From Promethearchaeota archaeon (lineage in GTDB: Archaea; Asgardarchaeota; Lokiarchaeia; Sigyniarchaeales; SOKP01): a DNA stretch of 64,000 nucleotides. The DNA lies in NCBI GenBank assembly GCA_016839765.1, contig JAEOTP010000016.1:64001-128000 (forward strand), read 5' to 3'. The translations under genes were made by a program, and so were the position numbers. How positions within the stretch are numbered: position 1 is the first letter of the stretch; every line of letters begins with the position of its first letter. Below, in pieces: positions 10,626 through 19,736 of this stretch. Under the pieces are notes generated by a model that ran no database searches, was not told where the DNA came from, and saw only the letters and a list, made by a program, of their open reading frames with translations.

Positions 10626-11033
10626 TTAAAACTTAAAATCTTCCTGCCACTTTTTATATCCAATCTGCCATAGTTTTAATCTAGGTTTGTTTATCTTATT
10701 ATCAACTTGAAGTCCTGGTTGAGGATTGTCCATAACTTTCCGATAACGATGATAATATTCTTCTGCACTTGGATTTTCTTTAATGAGATTTAAAATTGCT
10801 CTTTCAGTAAAATAGAGAATTAAATCGGGTTTAATATTCGGATTAATTTTCGTTAGTTCAAGTGTATTTTCATCTTTTTTAAATAAATAATAATGTAATT
10901 TGAAATTTTCATCATCCATAGAATTTTCAGTTATGAAATATTCCCAACATGCATTAACTCTAAGATGTCTCATTAAATCTAAATTATTCGGAAAATAATT
11001 GTTTAATTCATTAAATAATTCCTCTGAATTCAT
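10626..11033 (-). CDS. Hypothetical protein, SCP2-like fold suspected
   Basis: KPDLILYFTERAILNLI resembles the SCP2 strand-helix motif; similar to 12606..13085. Confidence 0.55.
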   Translation of the reverse strand: MNSEELFNELNNYFPNNLDLMRHLRVNACWEYFITENSMDDENFKLHYYLFKKDENTLELTKINPNIKPDLILYFTERAILNLIKENPSAEEYYHRYRKVMDNPQPGLQVDNKINKPRLKLWQIGYKKWQEDFKF

Positions 11034-11052
11034 AATAAACTCCCTTTCTAGA

Positions 11053-12546
11053 TCACTTAAGTTTTTCTAGATTAATTGGAGTTCCATCATAAATATATTT
11101 TCCATAAACTAATTCTTGGGGATAATATTTACATCCAGGAGGATAGGCGGAATCTTTAATTCCCCCCAGAGCAACTGTAATATCAGTGAGCATGGGTCTT
11201 GCATTAATATATATGTTTGCAGCTTCTAATTTATTTTTAAAAGTTTTTATTGTTTCTAAATTTGAGGTATAAGCTACTGCTCGCATGCCATAGTTGCTGG
11301 CATTAGCCAATTTTATTGCATCTTTTAAGTTTTCAGCCTTCGTGATAGATCTAACAGGTCCAAACGCCTCCTCTCGCCATAGAAATGGAGCTTCAGTTAA
11401 ATCTTCACACAATTCAGGCTTTATTTCTACCAGAGTTGGTTTGTAAAATAATCCATAATCTTCTCCGGTATCGATTTTTTCGGCTCCAGTATATATTTTA
11501 CAACCATATTTTTTTGCATCTGCAACCATCACTTCCATCATCATCAAAATTTTACGACTCCCTAATGGGCCAATATCGGTATTTGGATCCGTAGGGTCTC
11601 CATATTTTAATTTCTCAATTTCCTTTATTAAACATTCGATATATTCATCATAAATGTTACTATGAACAATTAGACGCTTCATTGAAAAGCATTGTTGACC
11701 AGAATTTGTGTAACTAGCCATAACGTTCCATTTCGCTACTTGTTCTAGATTTACATCATCCATCACAATCCCTGCATCATTTCCAGCACATTCAAAGAAA
11801 AAATTCTTAAATGGATGAGTATACATTGCAACACCCATTGATTTATCAACGGTTTTTTTTAAGATATTGGCGTAACGAACTAAGATGTCTTTGGCAGTGT
11901 GAGAGGAGGTAATCGTCATTAAAGTTTTAATCAATGGAGATTTAAGGAATTCATCAACAGCCCAATTTCCAGGCGCAATTACCAAATTAAGAGCTTCAAG
12001 AGCAGGTAAATTCATTTCCTCCATCATAGATTGTGCTTCTATCATAGTTAATGGACAAGCTGTGGAAGGTTTAACGATGGCTGCATTACCTACTAAATAA
12101 TTTGCCCCCCATTGATAAAGAGGAAGACTTATGGGGGTATTACGAGGAGAAATACATGCTGCTAATCCATGAGGGATATATCTTATTCTGACAAATTGCT
12201 CTCCTTCTATGCTTGTTAATGTTTTTTCTTCTATAAATTGATAATACCAGTCGCAAAATCTAAACCCCGTCATTACAATATTCAATTCCCATTCTGAATA
12301 TTTGATGGGTAATCCCCCTTCTGCAACAATTAAATCTTTTAGTTGTTTCTTTTTAAATCGCAATTTGCTTGCATAATTAGAAAGAAGTTGAGCTCTCTCA
12401 AAAAAATCCATTTCTTTTAAGAGATTTTGACTTGCATGTACTTCTTTTATTTTTTCTTGAACCGTCTCTGGAGTGTCTGCTGGTATAGTTCTTAAAACTT
12501 CACCTGTATATTTATTTTTTATTTCTAATTCTTTAATTTTTGACAT
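11053..12546 (-). CDS. Aldehyde dehydrogenase, divergent
   Basis: PRNTP, KPS, ECAGND, catalytic Cys in NSGQQC, EEAFGP, YGM. Confidence 0.9.
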   Translation of the reverse strand: MSKIKELEIKNKYTGEVLRTIPADTPETVQEKIKEVHASQNLLKEMDFFERAQLLSNYASKLRFKKKQLKDLIVAEGGLPIKYSEWELNIVMTGFRFCDWYYQFIEEKTLTSIEGEQFVRIRYIPHGLAACISPRNTPISLPLYQWGANYLVGNAAIVKPSTACPLTMIEAQSMMEEMNLPALEALNLVIAPGNWAVDEFLKSPLIKTLMTITSSHTAKDILVRYANILKKTVDKSMGVAMYTHPFKNFFFECAGNDAGIVMDDVNLEQVAKWNVMASYTNSGQQCFSMKRLIVHSNIYDEYIECLIKEIEKLKYGDPTDPNTDIGPLGSRKILMMMEVMVADAKKYGCKIYTGAEKIDTGEDYGLFYKPTLVEIKPELCEDLTEAPFLWREEAFGPVRSITKAENLKDAIKLANASNYGMRAVAYTSNLETIKTFKNKLEAANIYINARPMLTDITVALGGIKDSAYPPGCKYYPQELVYGKYIYDGTPINLEKLK

Positions 12547-12605
12547 TTATCCTATTTACCTATATGTATTTCAATATAATTTCAAATTTAATTTAAAAAA
12601 GAGTT

Positions 12606-13085
12606 TTATATACTATAAACATTATCATCCTCTTCGAGAATACCAGCGGTTCGAGCAAATCTTCCATAGCCCATATCAATTAAAATCTGAGTCCTTTTAT
12701 GCAAGATAAAATCGATCCAGCCTTTTTCCTCGTCGGGATTATTAAAGAAATGGCCCAGAAGCTGTGCATATTCCACCTTGGTTTTTGTTTGGATTAACTT
12801 CTTAACAGCCTTTATTGAAAGTGCAAGCTCTAAATCAGAATCATCTGCTCGCCCTGGTCTAATTTCTATTCCATGATCATTACAATATACATTAAAAATA
12901 TCGACGGGAGATCTATTATCATAAGCTTCAATTGAATCATAAAGTGCAAAATCAAAATCTGAACCAGAAATTAAATCAGAAAAGATTTCAGGATATTTTG
13001 AAAGAAATGTAGTATATTTCTTTGCTAGGTCTGTTTTATATTTCTGTGGATCTATAATTTGACTTGTTAACTCTTCTTCTAACAT
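12606..13085 (-). CDS. Hypothetical protein, SCP2-like fold suspected
   Basis: GIEIRPGRADDSDLELALSIKAVKKLI resembles the SCP2 motif. Confidence 0.55.
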   Translation of the reverse strand: MLEEELTSQIIDPQKYKTDLAKKYTTFLSKYPEIFSDLISGSDFDFALYDSIEAYDNRSPVDIFNVYCNDHGIEIRPGRADDSDLELALSIKAVKKLIQTKTKVEYAQLLGHFFNNPDEEKGWIDFILHKRTQILIDMGYGRFARTAGILEEDDNVYSI

Positions 13086-13096
13086 TGTTTTAAGAT

Positions 13097-14101
13097 CTAA
13101 TTATTACTTTTTTTTTTTTCATAAAAGTCCTTATACCATTCAATTGTTTTTTCTAATCCTTCTCTTAAGGGAGTAATTTTGTAACCTAATATTTCAATGG
13201 CTTTTTTTGAAGAATATGCTCTATGATATTTAATTGCCCTAAGTGTAGGTCGTGTTAAATAAGGGACTTTTTTATTGAATTTTGCTTTAACTTCCAATAA
13301 CCATGCATAAACTATCGTAACCCAAAATGGAAGTTTTTTTGCTTTTTTATCTCTTCCAATTTCGGCGATTAAATTTAGATATTCTCTAAATTTGATGTTT
13401 TCTCCACCAAGAATAAAACCATCTCCAAAAACATCTTCTCTATTGATTATATCTACTAATATATCTGCTAAATCGTAAACATATGAAAGGCAAGTCATCG
13501 ATTCTCCCTTTCCTGGACATACACCTAAGGGAAGAATTTTTCCCCGCATAACATCAAAAAGCATTCTTCCAAATATATTAAAATCTCCTGGACCATAAAC
13601 AATTCCTGGATAAAATATTACTACTTTTAAGCCTTTGGGTATAAATTCTTTGACTAGTTTTTTTGCTTGAAATTTTGATTTCTCATATTCCATATTAAAA
13701 TGTTCATTTTCATGAGTTTCATCAACAGGGTCTGCAGGAGTAGGACCTAAAGCAGTAAAGGAACTTACATAAAATAATTTAAGATTTTTTTCAAGGGCAA
13801 TATTAGCGACATTTTCAGTTCCCTTTACATTAATGTCATAATAAGTTGATTTCTTTTTTGCCCATATTCCCGTGTAAGCCGCAAGATGATAAATAATTTC
13901 AACATTATCTACTGCTTTATATAAACTATCGATATTTCGAACATCACCAATAACATATTCAATGTTAGTAAGGTTTTGAAAAGGAGAAGTATCACTAGTC
14001 TCTCTTATTAAAAGCTTTAATTCATGACCTAACTCATGTAACTTCTCTACCAATGGAATACCAAGAAAACCAGTTCCACCAGTCACTAATATTTTAGCCA
14101 T
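13097..14101 (-). CDS. Extended SDR / NAD-dependent epimerase-dehydratase (DFR/HpnA/3-beta-HSD-like)
   Basis: TGGTGFLG, HLAA, VSS, YEKSK (YxxxK), PGIVYGPGD. Confidence 0.9.
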   Translation of the reverse strand: MAKILVTGGTGFLGIPLVEKLHELGHELKLLIRETSDTSPFQNLTNIEYVIGDVRNIDSLYKAVDNVEIIYHLAAYTGIWAKKKSTYYDINVKGTENVANIALEKNLKLFYVSSFTALGPTPADPVDETHENEHFNMEYEKSKFQAKKLVKEFIPKGLKVVIFYPGIVYGPGDFNIFGRMLFDVMRGKILPLGVCPGKGESMTCLSYVYDLADILVDIINREDVFGDGFILGGENIKFREYLNLIAEIGRDKKAKKLPFWVTIVYAWLLEVKAKFNKKVPYLTRPTLRAIKYHRAYSSKKAIEILGYKITPLREGLEKTIEWYKDFYEKKKSNN

Positions 14102-14268
14102 TTTGTAAGAAGGAATTGAGAGGTTTTAAAATTTTAATATTAGAAATTTTTTGCCTTTTAAAAGGTTAATAATACTATTAACAATTGTAATGGTTAAAAA
14201 TCTTAAAAATAGGAAAAGAGAAGAAAAAGTTTACATTATTGTGTAATATATTAAAATAGATACCTTCG

Positions 14269-14817
14269 ATGAAGAAATCTCGCTTTTTAGAAATTAGTTC
14301 ACAATTAGATTTGCCATTTCTAGAAACAAATGGAGAACTAATTCAGAAAATATTCGAAACTTTAAACCTTAGGTTTAGATTAATTAAAAATTCAAATCAG
14401 AAATTAGTTGATTTAGGCTCTGGAAATGGACAAATTATTCTTTATTCAGCTTTAAATTACGGAGTTAAATCCATAGGAATTGAAATTAATCTAGATTTAA
14501 TTAAAGAGGCAAAAATGTATATTAAGTTATTAAAAAAACAAAAATTGTACCAGCGTAAATTCTTTAGGAAAATTAAGTTTATTCATGGAGATTTTTATGA
14601 AATGGGCATGGGAGATTTTGATTTTATTTACATATATTCATTACCAACAATGCAGAAGTATTTAAAACATGTATTTTTAACAGCTAAAAATAAATCTATT
14701 ATAATATCTTATAAATATCCCTTAAATGGGTTTGATAGCTTTTTAAAACTTGCATACGAGCTAAAATCTGAATTTAAAGATCAAATAATTTCAACATTCT
14801 ATTATGAAAAAGTTTAA
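14269..14817 (+). CDS. Class I SAM-dependent methyltransferase
   Basis: LVDLGSGNG, GIEIN, HGDF. Confidence 0.85.
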   Translation: MKKSRFLEISSQLDLPFLETNGELIQKIFETLNLRFRLIKNSNQKLVDLGSGNGQIILYSALNYGVKSIGIEINLDLIKEAKMYIKLLKKQKLYQRKFFRKIKFIHGDFYEMGMGDFDFIYIYSLPTMQKYLKHVFLTAKNKSIIISYKYPLNGFDSFLKLAYELKSEFKDQIISTFYYEKV

Positions 14818-14917
14818 TAAATCCTCATTCATGGAGGTTTCTTTAAAAACAGGAGAAAATTTAGATGAATCGTGCGAAGAAATTATAAGATTGATGATGC
14901 TTAATTTAATATTTTAA
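14804..14917 (+). pseudogene. Relic C-terminal fragment of a Ras/Rab-like small GTPase
   Basis: Manual translation MKKFNKSSFMEVSLKTGENLDESCEEIIRLMMLNLIF aligns with the G5 region YLETSAKTGENVEQAFKKIAK of the GTPase at 34538..35071. Confidence 0.55.
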
Positions 14918-14996
14918 GTATCTTAAAGCATTGTAGCCAATGTATATATAATATCATATCATATAATATTATGAATTTCTAAATAAGGGTGATAAT

Positions 14997-15428
14997 TTGC
15001 CAAAATTGGAAAGAAAAATAGAAATTGAATCTACTCCAGAAAAAATTTATAAAATTGTTATAGATGGTTTGAATACACCAAAATGGAATCCTATTGTAAC
15101 TGCTATAATTACGATTGAAGATGAAAAAATCCAATTAGAAACTGATATTGGAGGTATCACAATCATTAATACCGAAACTGACGAAAACAAAAGTGTTACA
15201 TGGCATATGGATAAAAGTGATATGAATTCAATGGGGTATATTTTAACTCCTAAACAGGAATCAACAGAAGTAAAAATTTGGACCGAGTTTGATAACAAAA
15301 AACTCTTGAAATTATATAAAAAGGAATCAGACTCAGTTTTAACAGGACTAAAAAATTATGTTGATTTTATTGAGAAGGGTGGAAATCCTGACCTGTATAA
15401 AAAATGGGAAGTTTTAACTACTCCCTAA
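14997..15428 (+). CDS. SRPBCC/START-like domain protein
   Basis: IEIESTPEKIYKIV...PKWNP start and C-terminal LxGLKxYV helix. Confidence 0.8.
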   Translation: MPKLERKIEIESTPEKIYKIVIDGLNTPKWNPIVTAIITIEDEKIQLETDIGGITIINTETDENKSVTWHMDKSDMNSMGYILTPKQESTEVKIWTEFDNKKLLKLYKKESDSVLTGLKNYVDFIEKGGNPDLYKKWEVLTTP

Positions 15429-15562
15429 TTATATTTTTTCTTATTTTTTTTTTATTTTCATTAGTATTATTTTATTCAGTTAAAGGACGATAATTTAACT
15501 TTTTTATTTAGAATTTGATAAAGTATACGTGAAATGAGTGTTTCACGAATTGATTTGACAAT

Positions 15563-16426
15563 TTAAGTTGCGTTCCAAGAGATTACATATTTTAAGCTTT
15601 CAGGTTTGATAATATCTGGATTTATGAATTCCCATCTCCCTTTTAGTCCTAATTCATTAGCAGTAAGATCAAAATGACATACGGCAATTCCTATATCAAC
15701 TCGCACAAATTTATTATAAATGGAACCTCTTTTGGAATCTGAATACTTTACAAAAAAGTGAAACATATCTCGATTAACATCCTTTAATATCCTCCATGGT
15801 TGGTTATTACCAGCTGATGGACCAATTCTGACCATTTCAAGAATCGTTTTATACTCTCCAATACTTTCTTGATTAATTGGGGTATTAAAATCTCCGCTGT
15901 AAAAGAGCTCATTCCATGATTTCCTTACTTTAGCTTTAGCTATTGATCTAATGAATCTTTCTTTCAATCTTCTTGTTGCAGGATATCCAATGGGAGTTAT
16001 AGCAGGAATTATCTCATTATCTTTAAGTTGAATCATTTTAGAAAATTGAGAACGCTTGAATGTACCACCCAGCCAGCAGGTTTTTAAGTTCATATCAGTT
16101 GCTGCTAATATCACAGCCTCAAATATATACCCATAATTCTCGAGATCGTATTTAGATTTCTCAGTGGCTCCAGCTATAAATTCCTGAGCACCCTTAATCA
16201 TTCCATAGGTACCTATCTTAATATTCTCCTCGGGATCGAATTCTGGTACACTTATTAATTGAAATCGAGAACGCCCAGATAGATTTTTAAAAGGACTTTC
16301 AATATCTTCTAATTTTAAAAGCTTATCAATTTGACTTCTTGGCTCATTTTCTATGAGTTTATTTAAATAAGTTCTCCAAGAAGTACGTTCTTTTATTATT
16401 TCAACTATTGATTTTGAAAATTGCAT
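15563..16426 (-). CDS. Nitroreductase-family protein (two-domain)
   Basis: RTSWRTY, TCWLGG, GPSAGNNQPW, DIGIAVCHF. Confidence 0.9.
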   Translation of the reverse strand: MQFSKSIVEIIKERTSWRTYLNKLIENEPRSQIDKLLKLEDIESPFKNLSGRSRFQLISVPEFDPEENIKIGTYGMIKGAQEFIAGATEKSKYDLENYGYIFEAVILAATDMNLKTCWLGGTFKRSQFSKMIQLKDNEIIPAITPIGYPATRRLKERFIRSIAKAKVRKSWNELFYSGDFNTPINQESIGEYKTILEMVRIGPSAGNNQPWRILKDVNRDMFHFFVKYSDSKRGSIYNKFVRVDIGIAVCHFDLTANELGLKGRWEFINPDIIKPESLKYVISWNAT

Positions 16427-16502
16427 AATCTTATAATTAATACTAATGAAGTTAGTTTTGCTAAGGATTGGAATTTAATAACTTTATTTTTTATATTTTA
16501 AA

Positions 16503-16842
16503 TTAATCAGGAACACATTTATTAACTTTTAATAAGGTGTATTTTAAATATTGTTTCATGTAATATCTTTCGCTATTACAATAATCTAATTTCTGATTAT
16601 TGTTTAAATCATCGCATTTCTTTAGAAGTGTATGAATATCATTTGCCATAGTAAGATATTCTTTTTTTGCTAAATCACACTTCTGAACTAAATTTTCATC
16701 ATTTAATAAGGAGGGAAAGTCTAAATTTTCTATTTGAAATTCTCCATTTTTAACAAAAGAAGTACTTTCAAAGGATTCATCTCTTTTTAGTAGATTTTCT
16801 ACTACAGAATTATTAACAAAACCTTTTGAAATGAATATTCAT
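16503..16842 (-). pseudogene. Start-less 111-codon reading frame (one-base frameshift after ATG 16842, or non-AUG start)
   Basis: Stop-free frame 16838-16503 (IFISKGFVNN...KCVPD*); ATG at 16842 is one base out of frame; TATA-like tract upstream. Confidence 0.45.
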
Positions 16843-16977
16843 CTCGGGGAATTTTCAAATTAATGAAAATAAGATAAAAGTGGTATTTAAAAAAGAAGAG
16901 CCGTAAAGTTTAGTAGAACTAATCAAATTAAAATAAAGGAAAAAAAAGAAGATTTATTAATAAACTCTAATTTAGAT

Positions 16978-17550
16978 TTATAATTCTGAACCGCAGTTTT
17001 CACAATATCGAGCGTTTTCACGTAATTTATGACCACAATATACACAATAATTCCCTTTTTTAGGAAGAGGAGCCTCTATTTTTTTGGGAGGTGGAACAAA
17101 AGCGTCTGATTGTTTATATACAATTCCTTGCCCTAATTCAATTTCTCCGGTTTCCGCATTAAATTTATATTTGACAAATCCTTGTTCTCTTAAATCAACT
17201 AAAACTCTTAAAACTTCTTTTGGTTTAATTCCAACTTCTAATGCTATATCTTCTAACTTGTGGTTTCCTTTGAAATCTCTATCCCTTATTGCAACTCTTA
17301 TTGCTTTTTTAAATTTATTATTAGTACGAATCTGTGTAAATCCACCAATAGAAATAAAGAAAGCAGGTATAAAAAGCCAATATCCCCAATATCTCAATCC
17401 AATAAAATCTATATTGAGGGAATTTAATAGAAGAGAGATTATTCCAACAATAATAAAGGCAATAGCTACCCCGAAAGTTTCCATTGGAGCTTCATATTTT
17501 TCTTTTGAATAATATCGATTTTTTTTATCTATAGACATATTTGATTGCAC
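16978..17550 (-). CDS. Two-TM protein with winged-helix-like middle and C-terminal zinc ribbon
   Basis: Two TM segments, LEDIALEVGI...LVDLREQG HTH-like, YCVYCG...YCENCG. Confidence 0.8.
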   Translation of the reverse strand: MQSNMSIDKKNRYYSKEKYEAPMETFGVAIAFIIVGIISLLLNSLNIDFIGLRYWGYWLFIPAFFISIGGFTQIRTNNKFKKAIRVAIRDRDFKGNHKLEDIALEVGIKPKEVLRVLVDLREQGFVKYKFNAETGEIELGQGIVYKQSDAFVPPPKKIEAPLPKKGNYCVYCGHKLRENARYCENCGSEL

Positions 17551-17667
17551 GATTAATATTTTTTGATTTATTCAAATTTTTTAAGATAAGGTTATTAATT
17601 AATCAGATTATTTATTCTTTTAAAAACTACTTTAGTCCAATAATTATTAATTTTAAAAATTCTAGTT

Positions 17668-17814
17668 TTAGAAAATAAAATGGTCTAAAATTGCCACTAA
17701 AATAGGCATTATGAAAAGTAAGAGTATTTTAATGATTATTATTAAAATTTTTTTAGTTCGCCGATATTTCTTTAGAAAAATTACCTCTTGTTGTTCCTCT
17801 ATTTCTTCTTCCAC
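17668..17814 (-). CDS. Small membrane protein, 48 aa, C-terminal TM (missed by ORF track)
   Basis: GTG start with GGTG upstream; MEEEIEEQQEVIFLKKYRRTKKILIIIIKILLLFIMPILVAILDHFIF; resembles the adjacent 80-aa ORF. Confidence 0.6.
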   Translation of the reverse strand: MEEEIEEQQEVIFLKKYRRTKKILIIIIKILLLFIMPILVAILDHFIF

Positions 17815-17829
17815 TTTGTTGACACCACT

Positions 17830-18072
17830 TTAAAAATTTAACATTCTAAGGACAAAAAACGCTATATGGGCAGCGATAATAAATAATTCAAGTCCTAATA
17901 CGATGTATTTTTTTGCTTTAGCAGAGAGATGATCACTTATATTTATATTCTCAATTACTTCCCTCAATTTTCTTTTCTTCTTTAAAAGAATTATGTCATC
18001 TTCTTCTAAAATGTTGATTCCATAAATCCTTTCTATTATTTTGGATTCACTTTCCAACATTATTTCAATCAC
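17830..18072 (-). CDS. Small membrane protein with single C-terminal TM
   Basis: Acidic-then-basic N-region EEDDIILLKKKRK, hydrophobic C-terminus. Confidence 0.65.
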   Translation of the reverse strand: MIEIMLESESKIIERIYGINILEEDDIILLKKKRKLREVIENINISDHLSAKAKKYIVLGLELFIIAAHIAFFVLRMLNF

Positions 18073-18139
18073 ATCCTATTTTTAAAGGGTTTTTATTTTT
18101 TTTTTTAGGTATGGCTAATGACTTTTTATCATACCCATG

Positions 18140-18336
18140 TTAAATTTACTAGTCATCATATTTAAATCTTGCTATGATTTAAAAAAGAATTCATTTTTAG
18201 CTTTATAATTTTTTAACATTTTTTTTAAAAACACATAATTATTCTATAAATCTTGAATATATTAAATTAAAGATTTAGAAAAATATATATTTCCATATTG
18301 ATATTAGTAATATAATAAAATGACTAGTAAATTTAA
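18140..18336. promoter_or_regulatory. Divergent promoter region with identical 17-bp element on each strand (18140-18156 minus, 18320-18336 plus)
   Basis: ATGACTAGTAAATTTAA at 18320-18336 and its exact reverse complement at 18140-18156. Confidence 0.65.
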
Positions 18337-18361
18337 ATATTAAAAAAAGGGAGGAATTATT

Positions 18362-19186
18362 ATGAACGAGGAAGAATTTATCTATATAGGCACAATATCT
18401 CGTGATTATATAAAGAAAGAAGTATTAAAAAATAATTTATTTCTTTTATTATATGCGGGGATTGTATCAATCATTAGCTTCTACGTTTATTTTTTAGATT
18501 CAGGATTCGATTTAGACCTATTTCTTATTTTAATTCTTACGTGCGCAGTAGCTCCATATGTAGTTGTAGCTTTGATATCCGCCTTGTATTTTTCAGCTTA
18601 CGTTCGAAATTTTACTTATAAAGTGCAAAAAGACAGTATCGTGATTAATCATGGGGTATTTACAAAAACAAGAGCTACTATACCTTATAAAAGAATCCAA
18701 AATATTAATATAACTACAGGAATATTTGATAGGATGTTTAAAACTTATACAATAAAAATTGAAACCGCTGGTCATAGTGCTGTCAGCTCAGGTACGACAC
18801 GCCGAGGTATAGGTCCTGAAGGATATATTCCAGGTTTAAAGGATCCCCATATCATTGAAAATAAGATTAAAGAAATTATTGCTAAAATTTCTACAACCCC
18901 AAGTGGTTTAGAAGAGAATATTTTCAAACCTGAGCAATTAGCATTTGATAATTTTATTAGCTATGTTCTTTCTAAAATGCGAGAGGGAGAAAAACTAAAG
19001 ACTTCAATTAAGCAACTGAGAGAAAAAGCAAAATTGTCTGCTGCGAAATTAGCAGAGAAGGTAGGAGTTCCAATTGAGACAATTCACTATTTGGAAGAAG
19101 GGAAGTATAATCCAAGTTTATTATTAGCTTCTAAAATCGCTGAAATTTTAAATTGTAAAATAGAAGATTTGTTTGAGTTAGCATGA
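18362..19186 (+). CDS. Membrane bacterial-PH-domain (YdbS-like) protein fused to XRE HTH
   Basis: Two TMs, GVFTKTRATIPYKRIQNI...IETAG, C-terminal LAEKVGV...YLEEGKYNPSL. Confidence 0.85.
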   Translation: MNEEEFIYIGTISRDYIKKEVLKNNLFLLLYAGIVSIISFYVYFLDSGFDLDLFLILILTCAVAPYVVVALISALYFSAYVRNFTYKVQKDSIVINHGVFTKTRATIPYKRIQNINITTGIFDRMFKTYTIKIETAGHSAVSSGTTRRGIGPEGYIPGLKDPHIIENKIKEIIAKISTTPSGLEENIFKPEQLAFDNFISYVLSKMREGEKLKTSIKQLREKAKLSAAKLAEKVGVPIETIHYLEEGKYNPSLLLASKIAEILNCKIEDLFELA

Positions 19187-19242
19187 AAACAAATTAGTTT
19201 TTTTAAAATTTAAACGTTATTTGATAGATTGGTGAGAAATCT

Positions 19243-19671
19243 GTGAAATTTAAAACTAAGATAAAGACAAATATAAAACTTATTAGAGAAGAATTGAAAC
19301 TTACTCAGCAAGACTTAGCTGACCGTATCGGAGTTTCTCGCCAAACAATCTACTTCTTAGAAAAAGGAAAATACAATCCATCACTCACAATTTCTTTTAA
19401 GATTGCTGAAGTTCTAGATAGACCTTTAAATGAAATCTTTTATCAAGAACCTGTCATTAAAGATGAACTAAAAGAAATGAAACTCAAGAAACCTTATAAG
19501 GAAGTAGAGGATTTTATTAATACTCAGGATATTGATCATAACATCTTATTTCAAATAGGGGATATAGATGAGAAAGAATTATCAAGAACTTTTAGTAAAG
19601 AATTTTTAGAAAAAGTAGCTATATTTTTGGGATATAAATTTGAGGATCTTTTTATTGATGCTGATATTTAA
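19243..19671 (+). CDS. XRE-family transcriptional regulator
   Basis: LTQQDLADRIGVSRQTIYFLEKGKYNPSL. Confidence 0.9.
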   Translation: MKFKTKIKTNIKLIREELKLTQQDLADRIGVSRQTIYFLEKGKYNPSLTISFKIAEVLDRPLNEIFYQEPVIKDELKEMKLKKPYKEVEDFINTQDIDHNILFQIGDIDEKELSRTFSKEFLEKVAIFLGYKFEDLFIDADI

Positions 19672-19736
19672 CCACAATTTAACAGTATTTATGAAACATT
19701 AAAAAGCATCTTTTCTTTTTATTCTTGAATGATTAA

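Noticed and set aside
15528-15547. Small hairpin CGTGAAA-N6-TTTCACG between convergent genes
   Set aside because: Only 7-8 bp; possible terminator but too weak to call.
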